A stretch of DNA of 64,000 bases from Vulcanimicrobiota bacterium (GTDB taxonomy: Bacteria; Vulcanimicrobiota; Vulcanimicrobiia; Vulcanimicrobiales; Vulcanimicrobiaceae), in NCBI GenBank assembly GCA_963787625.1, contig CAWBDH010000001.1:524175-588174 (forward strand), read 5' to 3'. The notes under the pieces were generated by a model that had not been told where the DNA came from, searched no databases, and worked only from the letters and a program-made list of their open reading frames with translations. Positions 9,024 to 17,458 of this stretch are shown here, in pieces. The translations under genes were made by a program, and so were the position numbers. Within the stretch, counting starts at the first letter, position 1. Each line of letters opens with the position of its first letter.

Positions 9024-9865
9024 GAGCGCACCATGCCGTCTGGCCAGTTGCTACGCAGTGCCGCGTGCTGAACGTCTCGGTCAGCGGGTACTACGCGTGG
9101 ATCAAACGCCCGCCATCGGACCACGCGGAGGCCGACATCGCGATCGGCGATGCTCTTGAGGTGTATCACGAGCGTTCGCGAGAGATCTATGGTCGGCCAC
9201 GACTCGTTGACGACCTCATTGACGCTGGTTTTCGAACAAGCGAAAAGCGCATCGCACGATTGATGCGAGAACGCCAGATTCACGGCGCTAGCAGGCGAAA
9301 AAGCTTCAAAACGACCGTGCGCGATCGCGATGCTCGACCCGCGCCGGACTTGGTCGACCGCAACTTCTCAGCGACTGCGCCCGATAAGCTCTGGGTCGCT
9401 GATATCACCTACATTCCAACCTGGAGCGGCTTCTTGTTCCTTGCCGTCGTTCTGGACGTATTCAGCCGTCGAGTCGTCGGCTGGGCAATGGCTACTCATC
9501 TCCGGACCGAACTCGTCCTCGATGCGCTCGAGATGGCGTTCCATCAGCGCAAACCAAGAGCAGTGATTCATCATTCAGACCAAGGCTGCCAATACACGTC
9601 GATCGCATTCGGCAAGCGCTGCGAACAGATGGGAATCAAACCTTCAATGGGTTCGGTCGGTGATTGCTTCGACAACGCGATGTGCGAGAGCTTCAACGCA
9701 ACTCTGGAATGCGAGCTGCTCGTCAAGCACCGCTTCAAAACTCAGAGAGAAGCTGCGCTGGCGGTCTTCGATTTCATCGAGGGATTCTACAACCCTCATC
9801 GCCGGCACACCTCGATCGGAAACATTTCGCCGGCCGAGTACGAACGGCGGAGTCAAGCCGCCTGA
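8972..9865 (+). CDS. IS3 transposase OrfB (DDE/rve catalytic domain, expressed as an OrfAB fusion)
   Basis: WVADITYIPT...HHSDQGCQYTS...DNAMCESFNATLECE DDE triad context. It lies in the -1 frame relative to orfA. Confidence 0.9.
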   Translation: MVRSRDRFGTRKIFEFVRAHHAVWPVATQCRVLNVSVSGYYAWIKRPPSDHAEADIAIGDALEVYHERSREIYGRPRLVDDLIDAGFRTSEKRIARLMRERQIHGASRRKSFKTTVRDRDARPAPDLVDRNFSATAPDKLWVADITYIPTWSGFLFLAVVLDVFSRRVVGWAMATHLRTELVLDALEMAFHQRKPRAVIHHSDQGCQYTSIAFGKRCEQMGIKPSMGSVGDCFDNAMCESFNATLECELLVKHRFKTQREAALAVFDFIEGFYNPHRRHTSIGNISPAEYERRSQAA

Positions 9866-9905
9866 TGTCCAATCAACAATCCTCTACGATAGTGGGTCAG
9901 CTCCA

Positions 9906-10074
9906 CTGGGTATGAGAGGAGGCACTCGTCCAAGGTTGCCAGACAGCTATTGCTGAGACTGAGGTTTAGGAATGTCGCGACGCCAAGTGTAGAAAACCCT
10001 TTGACACAGCCATTGAGAGTCATTAATAGTAGCGATATCAATAGGGCGACAGCCTTAGAACATAAGGGTTTCAT
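9906..10074 (-). pseudogene. N-terminal portion (lipoprotein signal peptide) of the gene split by IS3
   Basis: AAGGAGG lies 6 nt before the ATG at 10074. MKPLCSKAVALLISLLLMTLNGC is a lipobox-type signal peptide. The ORF runs straight into the IS right end at 9905. Confidence 0.55.
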
Positions 10075-10180
10075 CAAACGCCTCCTTTACAGCCGGGGTA
10101 GCTCCTCACCTTCGGTAAGCATGCGCAGCGCCGGCTTAGCAGAGGTGGCGCCGGTTTTTTGAACAGCCAAGCGGCCCTTC

Positions 10181-10330
10181 TTATGTGATGAACCTCCCAA
10201 GATACGCCGCTTTCGCCAGCGGCTGACTGAAGTATGCTGCGTCCGGTGTTTGGCCCCCAAGTGCGGAGTGCGGTCGCAGCTCGTTGTAGAAGGTCACGTA
10301 GCGGCCGATGAAGATGCTTCGCGTCAGAAA
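10181..10330 (-). pseudogene. C-terminal remnant of a DDE (rve) transposase
   Basis: RYVTFYNELRPHSALGGQTPDAAY is the conserved C-terminal motif of IS481/IS3-type integrase-core transposases. The catalytic domain upstream is missing. Confidence 0.6.
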
Positions 10331-10381
10331 CGCCACCGTACGCGCGCAAGTAGACCTCTTCGTTTCAGCTGTTAGCGCCGG

Positions 10382-10420
10382 TTGAAAAGCGACCCAGCCC
10401 GCCGATTGAAAAGGGACCCA
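10382..10420 (+). repeat. two direct 15-nt repeats TTGAAAAG(C/G)GACCCA spaced 24 nt start to start, possibly an IS end with transposase-binding repeats
   Basis: Read directly at 10382-10396 and 10406-10420. A GGACC-TTCG-GGTCC hairpin follows at 10435-10448, then an HTH-like ORF start at 10449. Confidence 0.6.
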
Positions 10421-10448
10421 CCTGAGCCTTCCTCGGACCTTCGGGTCC

Positions 10449-10560
10449 ATGATTGCAAAGGAGCTTCAGGTGGAAATCAAGGTCCTCGCCCGGCAGGGCA
10501 CGCTAACGGTCACCTCCGCTCGGCTAGCTGCGTATCATCGCAAGCGTATCCGATGGCAAA
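10449..10560 (+). pseudogene. N-terminal HTH fragment of a transposase (IS21 IstA-like?), decayed
   Basis: MIAKELQVEIKVLARQGTLTVTSARLAAYHRKRIRW resembles the IstA-type N-terminus (xEIKxLxRQG...AR.L...R.T(V/I)R). A shifted frame reads KRPRMSSIEAYTEYV, compare RPSKLDPYKxYI. Multiple stops follow downstream. Confidence 0.3.
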
Positions 10561-11501
10561 GTTCCTCGCTCGCAGGAACATATGCGAATCCTAGAGTGCG
10601 CAATTCCTGCGGCTGCAAAAAGACCCCGTATGTCCAGCATCGAAGCTTACACGGAATACGTTGTCGTCTTTTTCCACGCTCCACGGCGAATCCGATACTT
10701 GCGTGTAAACAACGTTATCGATCTGAACCTGAGGTGGAAAAAACGGATCAAGATGAAACTGTGAGTTCGGGCATACGGTCAAGGAGAACTCACGTGAGGA
10801 AAAGTCGCTTTATCGAGGCATAAATCGTCGCCATCCTTGAGGACTGGACGCCGGCACATTTGTAACCTGAGCTTGAGGCGACTCAGCTTTAATTGCCAAC
10901 ACGATCCAGGGAATGGCGGTTGGAGCGAAACTCCAAATCGCCGAAAGCACGGGCACCATTTCGTGGCCGCCAAGGGCTAATCTCTATAAGACCGAAGAAT
11001 AACTGCGTCGGCCCTGGCTGCGGCTTCTGCGAGTCGCGCGCGCTGGGTGACGTCAATCGGTGCGCTAATAAGAGTTTCCATGCCAGATGCGTGACTTTAG
11101 CCGCTGGGCGCCGTCAGAATTACGACGAACTGCCCCGATTCGTTCGGGCGACGCGCCCGGCGTCCGAAGCTCCTTTACGGCATCGGCGAGTAGGGAAGCC
11201 CGAGCCATAGCTTGTTCCTCCAGAGAGCGCATTAATTACGGTGAGGTTGGGCCAGGCAGAATCCTCGCGTTCTTCCCTCCTCCATTGACGAATCTGCTCA
11301 AAGCACTTGGCAGCAGTTCCATAGTAGGCGTGCGCGACGGTATGGGTACGCCTTCGCGAATACCGATCTCGCGCGACGCGCATGGCACATTGGGCGAACT
11401 CGCGACGCTGCTCATTTCGACTCGTTTGCAGGAGCGGACGTGAGAGTCGTTCATGGTAATACGTTGCACCCGCATTGGAGGGGCGAATATGCTCGAGGAG
11501 C

Positions 11502-12025
11502 TTACCCTCGACCTACTAAAACGACTCTGGCGCTCCCCGGCCCAACCCCAGAGCCAGCTGAAACGCGCGTTTCATCCGTTGACTTCGCTGATGCCAACTG
11601 ATTGAGGCTATTTAGGCCGCACGCTGGATAGACGGTAGATGGCCGCCTTTGCGTCTTGAGTATTACGGTGTTTTCGCCGCCAAAGAACGTCGGAGAGTAG
11701 GGCCTTCGGCTCAACGTTCTCAACCACTTCGCGGAGCGCATCAACGCCTCGAAATGCTCGTCGACGAGGTCCTCGGGTAAGGCCGTGCGCGCACCGTCAG
11801 CCCTGATGCTCAGAGGACGAAAGGGCGTCTTGGGATTATCTTCCTGTAACATGAAGCCGACCACTATGTACAGCAACTTGAGAAGTGCCGCGTCCTGGGT
11901 GTTTCCCGCTTCCCGAGCCCGCTGGAGTTCCTCACGGACCGGAAACTGGAAATAGTTATGATCGGCGGGTCGGCCCTGGCAACGATGCCGTCGATATCAA
12001 AGAGCGTATTCGGTCCAGCGAGCAT
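11502..12025 (-). pseudogene. frameshifted hypothetical gene with a HAD-like motif I
   Basis: ATG at 12025 gives MLAGPNTLFDIDGIVA (DxDG motif I of HAD hydrolases) and stops after 53 codons. Track ORF 11502..11876 continues in another frame. The family is not otherwise recognisable. Confidence 0.25.
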
Positions 12026-12253
12026 CGGGGATGGTCAGGCATAGCCGACCGGGTTGGCTCACACCGTGTCCTTTCGACACGCCCGGCCGCTTTCCGCAGT
12101 TGCGTTGCCCAAGTCAAATTGGATTTCGCAAATTGGCGAGCGGCAAACTTGGATTATTTGAATTGGTCCAATTCCGGAACAAAGCCCCATTCCACCATTC
12201 CACCATTCCTCCACTGTGTTCCAAAAGTCCACTTTGGGTGCTTTTAGACCGAC

Positions 12254-12742
12254 GTGATTATCACCGGCCCCACGCTTGCAACAATAATCGTCGCTGCATT
12301 CGGAGGCGTGTGGTGCCTCTACGGTGCCTCACGACTGCCCGGACGCCGCCGAGCGATCGCTGCGGTAGCAGCGGTGGTCATTTCTGTTGTGCTGATCGCC
12401 GGCGGAATCCACCACACCGGAGTGGTGGGGCGGGAGTTCTTGCTGCCGACCTACTACGCCGCGGTTGCATTCGAAGCGATCGCTATTATCGTTGTAGTAG
12501 CCGTCATGCGACGGTCCAACCGCGTCACAATGATCGGTCCCAGCATCGCCATCATCGTGGGCCTCCACTTTATCGGCCTTTTCCTGGCTACCGGCGACGC
12601 TCTCTTTCTTTGGCTTTGCGCGGCTCTCTGCGCCGTCGGCATTGGAGCGGTGCTGCGGCAGCCGTCATCGCGTGCCATGGCGGCCGGGTTCGGCAGCGCG
12701 CTCGTCCTGTGGGCCGCTGCGCTGACAATGATCGTACGGTGA
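12254..12742 (+). CDS. hypothetical integral membrane protein (about 5 TM)
   Basis: Track ORF from GTG 12254. Strongly hydrophobic segments. The codon G+C matches the host genome. Confidence 0.6.
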   Translation: MIITGPTLATIIVAAFGGVWCLYGASRLPGRRRAIAAVAAVVISVVLIAGGIHHTGVVGREFLLPTYYAAVAFEAIAIIVVVAVMRRSNRVTMIGPSIAIIVGLHFIGLFLATGDALFLWLCAALCAVGIGAVLRQPSSRAMAAGFGSALVLWAAALTMIVR

Positions 12743-13035
12743 GTGCAGCACTGAATTTAAGAGTGCGCGGTGTGCAGCCATCACATCGAATCTCGTCGCG
12801 AAGCGGAAGTTGCTTGTGCCCGGAAGGAGCGTCCAAGGCGCTTAGGCCTTCTTATGTTTGCAGCGCTTTTTGAGCGTTAGTTGGGTGTCGCCAGGTCCTT
12901 CGGAACAGCGCCCGCGCAATTCCGAATCTGAAGACGGCGTCAACGACCCGGCCCGTAGCGAGATCGGGCCGCGCTATTGAGAGTCCCGGGCGATGCAGGA
13001 GGACCCAGCGGTCCCGCCAGCCCTAATAGGAAACG

Positions 13036-13659
13036 ATGAAGTATAACCGTGTCGCGGTCGTCGCCGTCTTGCTGGCCGGGTTCGTGGGTTGTGCAAGTGG
13101 TGTCAAGCAATCCGCGGCGCAGCCGTCGCCGGCAGCCGACACGTACCGCGTCGCCTTAAACACCAGCAAAGGCGCGGTGATTATCGAGGTCGACCGTAAG
13201 CACGCGCCGCACGGAGCCAAACGCTTCTACGATTTGGTCAAGGCAGGCTATTTTGACGGCGCCCGGTTCTACCGGGTCGTACCCGGCTTCGTCGTGCAGT
13301 GGGGCGCTGCAGCGAAACCGGGGGTGACCAAAAAGTGGGACGTCACCATTGCCGACGACCACGTCGTGGGGTCCAACACTCGCGGAACAGTAACGTTCGC
13401 TGCTACGGGGCAGCCCAACAGCCGTACGACGCATTTGTTCATCAATCTCGCCGACAACGCTCGCCTCGATGCGATGGGTTTCTCTCCCATCGGCACCGTG
13501 ATCAGCGGTATGCCGGCGATCGAGCACATCTATTCCGGTTACGGTGAACGGCCTGACCAGACGCGAATCGGCGCCCAAGGGAACGCCTATCTCGAAAAAG
13601 AGTTTCCGCGCCTGGATTATATCAGGTCGGCCCGCATCCTCACCGGCTCATCGCGCTAA
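13036..13659 (+). CDS. cyclophilin-type peptidyl-prolyl cis-trans isomerase, lipoprotein
   Basis: Signal/lipobox AVLLAGFVGCASG, then TSKGAVIIEVDRKHAPHGAKRFYDLVKAGYFDGARFYRVVPGFVVQWG. Confidence 0.9.
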   Translation: MKYNRVAVVAVLLAGFVGCASGVKQSAAQPSPAADTYRVALNTSKGAVIIEVDRKHAPHGAKRFYDLVKAGYFDGARFYRVVPGFVVQWGAAAKPGVTKKWDVTIADDHVVGSNTRGTVTFAATGQPNSRTTHLFINLADNARLDAMGFSPIGTVISGMPAIEHIYSGYGERPDQTRIGAQGNAYLEKEFPRLDYIRSARILTGSSR

Positions 13660-13675
13660 CTACTCGCTCTCGTCC

Positions 13676-14530
13676 CTACTTCAACAGGCGGGAAAGCGCG
13701 CGGTCCGCGAGGATTCGGCCGCCGGTCTGGCATTCCGGGCAGTAGTTCGTTTCGTTGTCGGCGTAGCGGATGCGCTGCACCGGCGTGGCGCAGACCGGAC
13801 ACGGTTTGCCGAACCGTCCATGTACCGCCATGCCGGACCGGAATGCGGTCACCTTTTCGGGGAATTCCCGCCGCGCTTCGGCCTGCAGCCGTTCGGTCCA
13901 TTCGGTCAAGGTGTCGCGGGTCGCAGCGTACAGCCGCGACCACTGTTCCGAATCGAGACGCCCCGTGAGCAACAGCGGCGAGAGGCGCGCGGCGTGCAGG
14001 ATTTCGTCGGAGTAGGCGTTCCCAATGCCGCTGAGCACGCGCGGGTCCGTCAGTGCGCGTTTGAGTGTGCGGTTTTCCGCAGCGAGCGCGGTGCGAAACG
14101 CGTCTTCGTCGGCTGCGAAGACGTCGATGCCGCCGCGATCCAGGGCCGCGAGGGCCTCCTCTCCGCGAATCACGTGAATTGACGCCCGCCGCTTTGCGCC
14201 CGCCTCGGTCAGTGTCAGCCTGCCGTTTGGAAACTGCAATGTGGCTAGCGTCGACCGCGGCCGCGCGCCGCCGCGTTCGCCCGGCTTCCAGTGGAGCCTG
14301 CCCGCGATCATCAGATGCAGCACGAGCCAATTGTCTTCGCCAAACCTGACGGCGATGCGCTTTCCCACGCGACGCAGTTCGAGCACCGTCTTCCCCTCCA
14401 GTTCCCCCACCGGCGGCGCAATCGTTCGCAAGACAAACGGCTTGGCGATGGTAATTTTCAGTAGCGGTTGACCGACGATGCGTGCGCTTAGGGCGGAGAT
14501 GTAAGCCGCAACGTCCGGCAGTTCGGGCAC
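13676..14530 (-). CDS. Fpg/Nei-family DNA glycosylase / AP lyase
   Basis: GTG at 14530 gives (M)PELPDVAAY with the catalytic N-terminal Pro. The C-terminus has a zinc finger CPVCATPVQRIRYADNETNYCPECQ. The track ORF extends a further 72 codons upstream without family support. Confidence 0.85.
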   Translation of the reverse strand: MPELPDVAAYISALSARIVGQPLLKITIAKPFVLRTIAPPVGELEGKTVLELRRVGKRIAVRFGEDNWLVLHLMIAGRLHWKPGERGGARPRSTLATLQFPNGRLTLTEAGAKRRASIHVIRGEEALAALDRGGIDVFAADEDAFRTALAAENRTLKRALTDPRVLSGIGNAYSDEILHAARLSPLLLTGRLDSEQWSRLYAATRDTLTEWTERLQAEARREFPEKVTAFRSGMAVHGRFGKPCPVCATPVQRIRYADNETNYCPECQTGGRILADRALSRLLK

Positions 14531-14582
14531 CCCGGGATCATAGCACGCGGGAACGGCGCCGCCTGGCAGGCAAATCCTCCCC

Positions 14583-15320
14583 ATGGCACTCTCGAGACGC
14601 GTTTCGGCGGAATTCCTGGGGACGTTCTGGCTCGTTTTCGGCGGCTGCGGAAGCGCCGTCATCGCCGCGGCGTTTCCGCGACTCGGCATCGGTTTTGCCG
14701 GCGTCGCGCTTGCCTTTGGGCTTACGCTCCTCACAATGGCATACACGATCGGCCCAATCTCCGGTTGTCACATAAACCCGGCGGTGACGTTCGGACTGTG
14801 GCTCGCAAAGCGGTTTCCGTCGCGCGACGTCGTGCCGTATATGATCGCTCAGGTCGTTGGCGCCATCGCCGCCTCCGGGGTGCTGTATTTCATCGCCAGC
14901 GGGAGGCCCGGCTTCGTCGCCGGCCAGTTTGCCAGCAACGGCTACGGCGCGCTCTCGCCGGGCGGCTACGGTTTGGCATCGGCGCTCGTCGCGGAGATCG
15001 TTCTGACGTTCGTCTTTTTGACGGTGATCTTAGGCGCGACGGAGCGCCGGGCTCCCGTTGGCTTCGCCGGAATTGCGATCGGTCTGGTGCTGACGCTCAT
15101 CCACCTCATCAGCATCCCCATCGACAACACGTCGGTGAACCCGGCCCGCAGTACGGGCCCGGCGATCTTTGCCGGCGCGGCTGCACTGTCTCAGCTCTGG
15201 CTGTTTTGGGTCGCGCCGCTCGTCGGCGGCGGCCTCGCGGGTATCATCTATCCGTTACTTTTCGGCGAAGAGGTGAGCGAAGTGCCGATCGTCGGCCGAT
15301 CGACGGTCACGGACAAATAG
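14583..15320 (+). CDS. aqpZ: aquaporin Z
   Basis: [19 protein letters not shown] and two NPA boxes ([17 protein letters not shown]). Confidence 0.9.
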   Translation: MALSRRVSAEFLGTFWLVFGGCGSAVIAAAFPRLGIGFAGVALAFGLTLLTMAYTIGPISGCHINPAVTFGLWLAKRFPSRDVVPYMIAQVVGAIAASGVLYFIASGRPGFVAGQFASNGYGALSPGGYGLASALVAEIVLTFVFLTVILGATERRAPVGFAGIAIGLVLTLIHLISIPIDNTSVNPARSTGPAIFAGAAALSQLWLFWVAPLVGGGLAGIIYPLLFGEEVSEVPIVGRSTVTDK

Positions 15321-15383
15321 GGCCCCGCCGGCGGTGATGCGGCTCATCGCTGGTTCGGAAGTCGTGCGCGTGCGGACTATTCC

Positions 15384-16157
15384 ATGCGCGTAATTTCGCT
15401 CAACGCCAACGGCATACGCGCGGCGATTCGGCGGGGTTTCTTCGAATGGCTGCGGACGCAAGAGGCCGACGTCGTTTGCCTGCAGGAAACGCGCGCGCAG
15501 GAGCATCAGCTTGCAGCCGAAGCGACGGCGCTGCCGGGCTTCACCGGCTACTTCGTCGATTCACAGCGACGCGGCTATAGCGGTGTGGCGCTGTATTGCC
15601 GCCAAGAACCGACCCAAGTGCGCCGGACGCTGGGCTGGGAGGATATAGACGCTGAGGGGCGTTTCGTGCAGGCCGACTTCGGCAGCGTCACCGTTTCGTC
15701 GCTGTACGTGCCTTCCGGGATCACCGGGCCGCCGCGGCAGTCCTTTAAGATGAACTTCCTCGAGCGTCTGCTCGGCGTGCTTGCGGGCATGCGCAACTCC
15801 GGGCGGGAGCACATCGTGTGCGGCGATTTCAACATCGCGCACAAGGCAATCGACATCTACAATCCGGTGCGCAACGCGACAGTCAGCGGCTTTCAGCCCG
15901 ACGAGCGCGCCTGGATGGACGTGTTAATCGAGCGCGTGGGGTGGATCGATGCGTTTCGCGTCGTAAACTCGGCGCCCAAGCAATATACGTGGTGGTCGAA
16001 CTGGCCGGCGGCGTGGCAGCGCAACCTCGGCTGGCGTATTGACTATCAGCTCGTGACGCCCGGTCTGGCGAGTCGAGTGTTTCGCGCGTCGATCTTCACC
16101 GGCGAGCGTTTCAGCGACCACGCCCCCCTAACGATCGACTACGACCTGGAGCTATGA
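15384..16157 (+). CDS. xthA: exodeoxyribonuclease III
   Basis: MRVISLNANGIRAA...DVVCLQETRAQ...GDFNIAHKAIDIYNP...WWSNW...RIDYQL...SDHAPL. Confidence 0.9.
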   Translation: MRVISLNANGIRAAIRRGFFEWLRTQEADVVCLQETRAQEHQLAAEATALPGFTGYFVDSQRRGYSGVALYCRQEPTQVRRTLGWEDIDAEGRFVQADFGSVTVSSLYVPSGITGPPRQSFKMNFLERLLGVLAGMRNSGREHIVCGDFNIAHKAIDIYNPVRNATVSGFQPDERAWMDVLIERVGWIDAFRVVNSAPKQYTWWSNWPAAWQRNLGWRIDYQLVTPGLASRVFRASIFTGERFSDHAPLTIDYDLEL

Positions 16158-16226
16158 ATCGATCGTATTATTGCCTTGGCTAGGGAAAAATGCAACGGCA
16201 AGCGGCCTCGTCGTCATCGTGCTAGA

Positions 16227-17264
16227 CTATTTTTTCGCTGCCGTCACGCCGAGCGGTTGGTCGAAGTCGCCGGTGAAGGTTGCGACCGGCGTACCGCCGG
16301 CTGGGTAGTTGAAGACCTCGGCGCCGTCATTTCCGGCGTCGGCGCAATACAGCAAACCCTTAACGATCCACGTCTGTGCGCAGTCGCTGGCCCCCGTGAG
16401 CTGCACGGTGTTTTTCAACGTCGCCGTCGTTCCACTAATCATGTACTGGTACAGCTCGTTAGTCTCCTGATCGAACACCGTCACGTACGTACCGTCCCAT
16501 TGCACCGAGCCAGGAAACTGGGGGGTGTTGGGCGTTGTGATTGTAACGAAGTTATGTTGTCCCCTCGGAAGCTCGACCAATGCGAAACCGTTTGGCCCGA
16601 AACCGTCGGCAAAGAGATTGCCGCTGGAATCGTAACCATCGAAGTACTCTTCCTGCAACGGCGTGTTGTACACTTTGCCCGAGCCGGTCGCGTTCTTGAA
16701 GATCACCACTTGACCGCCGGCGCTGTAAGAATTTCCCAACAATATTCCCACTGCGAGATCGCCGCTCGTGTTCATGGCGCAGCTTGATGTGAATGTGTAG
16801 CCAAGAAACAGCGTCCTCAGTAGCGTATCTGGAACCTGATATTCGGAAATCAGGTCGTTCGTGCGCCCCGCGTTCCAGATAATCTTTTTCCCATAGCCGT
16901 ACAAAGTGTTGGTGCAGCCTTGGCCGCCCGCTCCAGCAATCTGACCGATCATGTCGGTACTTTTTGGATAGTCGAAAATGCCCGCGAACGTACCGTAATA
17001 GTTGAAGATGTACTCGAACCTCTTCCTCGACTTCGATCGATCGGGTACGAGTTCTGCGTAACGCGGCAGCGGATTCAGCCTCGCCGCCGTTACCGGCCGT
17101 CCGTTGAGGAACAGCGTCTTTCCTACATAGGCCGCGCCGCGCGTACCGGCTGACGGCGCGCCCGTCATGCCGTTCTGCGCCTGTCCAAGCCCGCCTCCGC
17201 ACCCAGTAAGGATTACGAGTGTAACGGCAACGCCGGTGGACTTCACTAAACCGAGGGTGTTCAT
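16227..17264 (-). CDS. hypothetical lipoprotein (beta-rich, possibly propeller-like)
   Basis: ATG at 17264 preceded by AAGGAG. MNTLGLVKSTGVAVTLVILTGCGG is a lipobox. The upstream 89 codons of the track ORF have no support. Confidence 0.65.
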   Translation of the reverse strand: MNTLGLVKSTGVAVTLVILTGCGGGLGQAQNGMTGAPSAGTRGAAYVGKTLFLNGRPVTAARLNPLPRYAELVPDRSKSRKRFEYIFNYYGTFAGIFDYPKSTDMIGQIAGAGGQGCTNTLYGYGKKIIWNAGRTNDLISEYQVPDTLLRTLFLGYTFTSSCAMNTSGDLAVGILLGNSYSAGGQVVIFKNATGSGKVYNTPLQEEYFDGYDSSGNLFADGFGPNGFALVELPRGQHNFVTITTPNTPQFPGSVQWDGTYVTVFDQETNELYQYMISGTTATLKNTVQLTGASDCAQTWIVKGLLYCADAGNDGAEVFNYPAGGTPVATFTGDFDQPLGVTAAKK

Positions 17265-17458
17265 TGAATATTGCTCCTTTTCGCTTCGAGCATCATTTGC
17301 ACGCTCGAAGCGTGCAATCCCGCGTACGGCGAGCCGCTGTCTTTGTCGTCGCCCTAGCCGGACTTTTGACGCAGGCAGCGCCCACGCGCTGGGAACGGGC
17401 TCGCGCCGCGGGAAAACCTCCTGTGCCCGCCAATCACTTGTGCTTCGGGAGGGTCGCA

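Larger units (their letters stand above)
8658..9905 (+). mobile_element. IS3-family insertion sequence (about 1.25 kb, orfA/orfB with -1 frameshift)
   Basis: Termini are TG...CA. IRL is TGGAGCTGACCCGGTTTCGTGGAG. The reverse complement of IRR is TGGAGCTGACCCACTATCGTAGAG, matching 20/24 with the first 12 identical. It encodes an HTH orfA and a DDE orfB. Confidence 0.9.
7554..12211. mobile_element. degraded genomic island inserted at the ssrA 3' end
   Basis: G+C visibly drops right after the ssrA CCA end and recovers at about 12.2 kb. The interval holds an IS3 element, two further transposase remnants, and frameshifted or fragmentary ORFs. The 13-nt sequence TCCACCATTCCTC occurs at 7547-7559 (overlapping the ssrA 3' end) and at 12199-12211. 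Confidence 0.6.

Noticed and set aside
10591-10973. Track ORFs 10591..10782 (-), 10779..10973 (-), 10893..11210 (+), 11087..11443 (+) and 11885..12247 (+) inside the island.
   Set aside because: They are short and mutually overlapping in a region full of frameshifts. They have no motifs, and most have no convincing RBS. I treat them as decay products rather than genes.
12901-12920. CCAGGTCCTTCGGAACAGCG in the 290-nt gap before the PPIase gene superficially resembles the SRP-RNA helix-8 motif (CAGGUCCGGAAGGAAGCAGC).
   Set aside because: The GGAA tetraloop and the GGAAGCAGC 3' strand are absent, and no closing 5'/3' helix is evident. A 7-bp hairpin CGGCCCG/CGGGCCG (within about 12935-12965) is present but unexplained.
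13544-14330. ORFs 13544..14182 (+) and 13656..14330 (-) overlapping the Fpg/Nei gene, and the 72-codon N-terminal extension of that gene (14531..14746).
   Set aside because: The Fpg/Nei frame shows the catalytic PELPDV N-terminus at GTG 14530 and a C-terminal zinc finger. The other frames are compositional artefacts, and the extension would bury the essential N-terminal proline.
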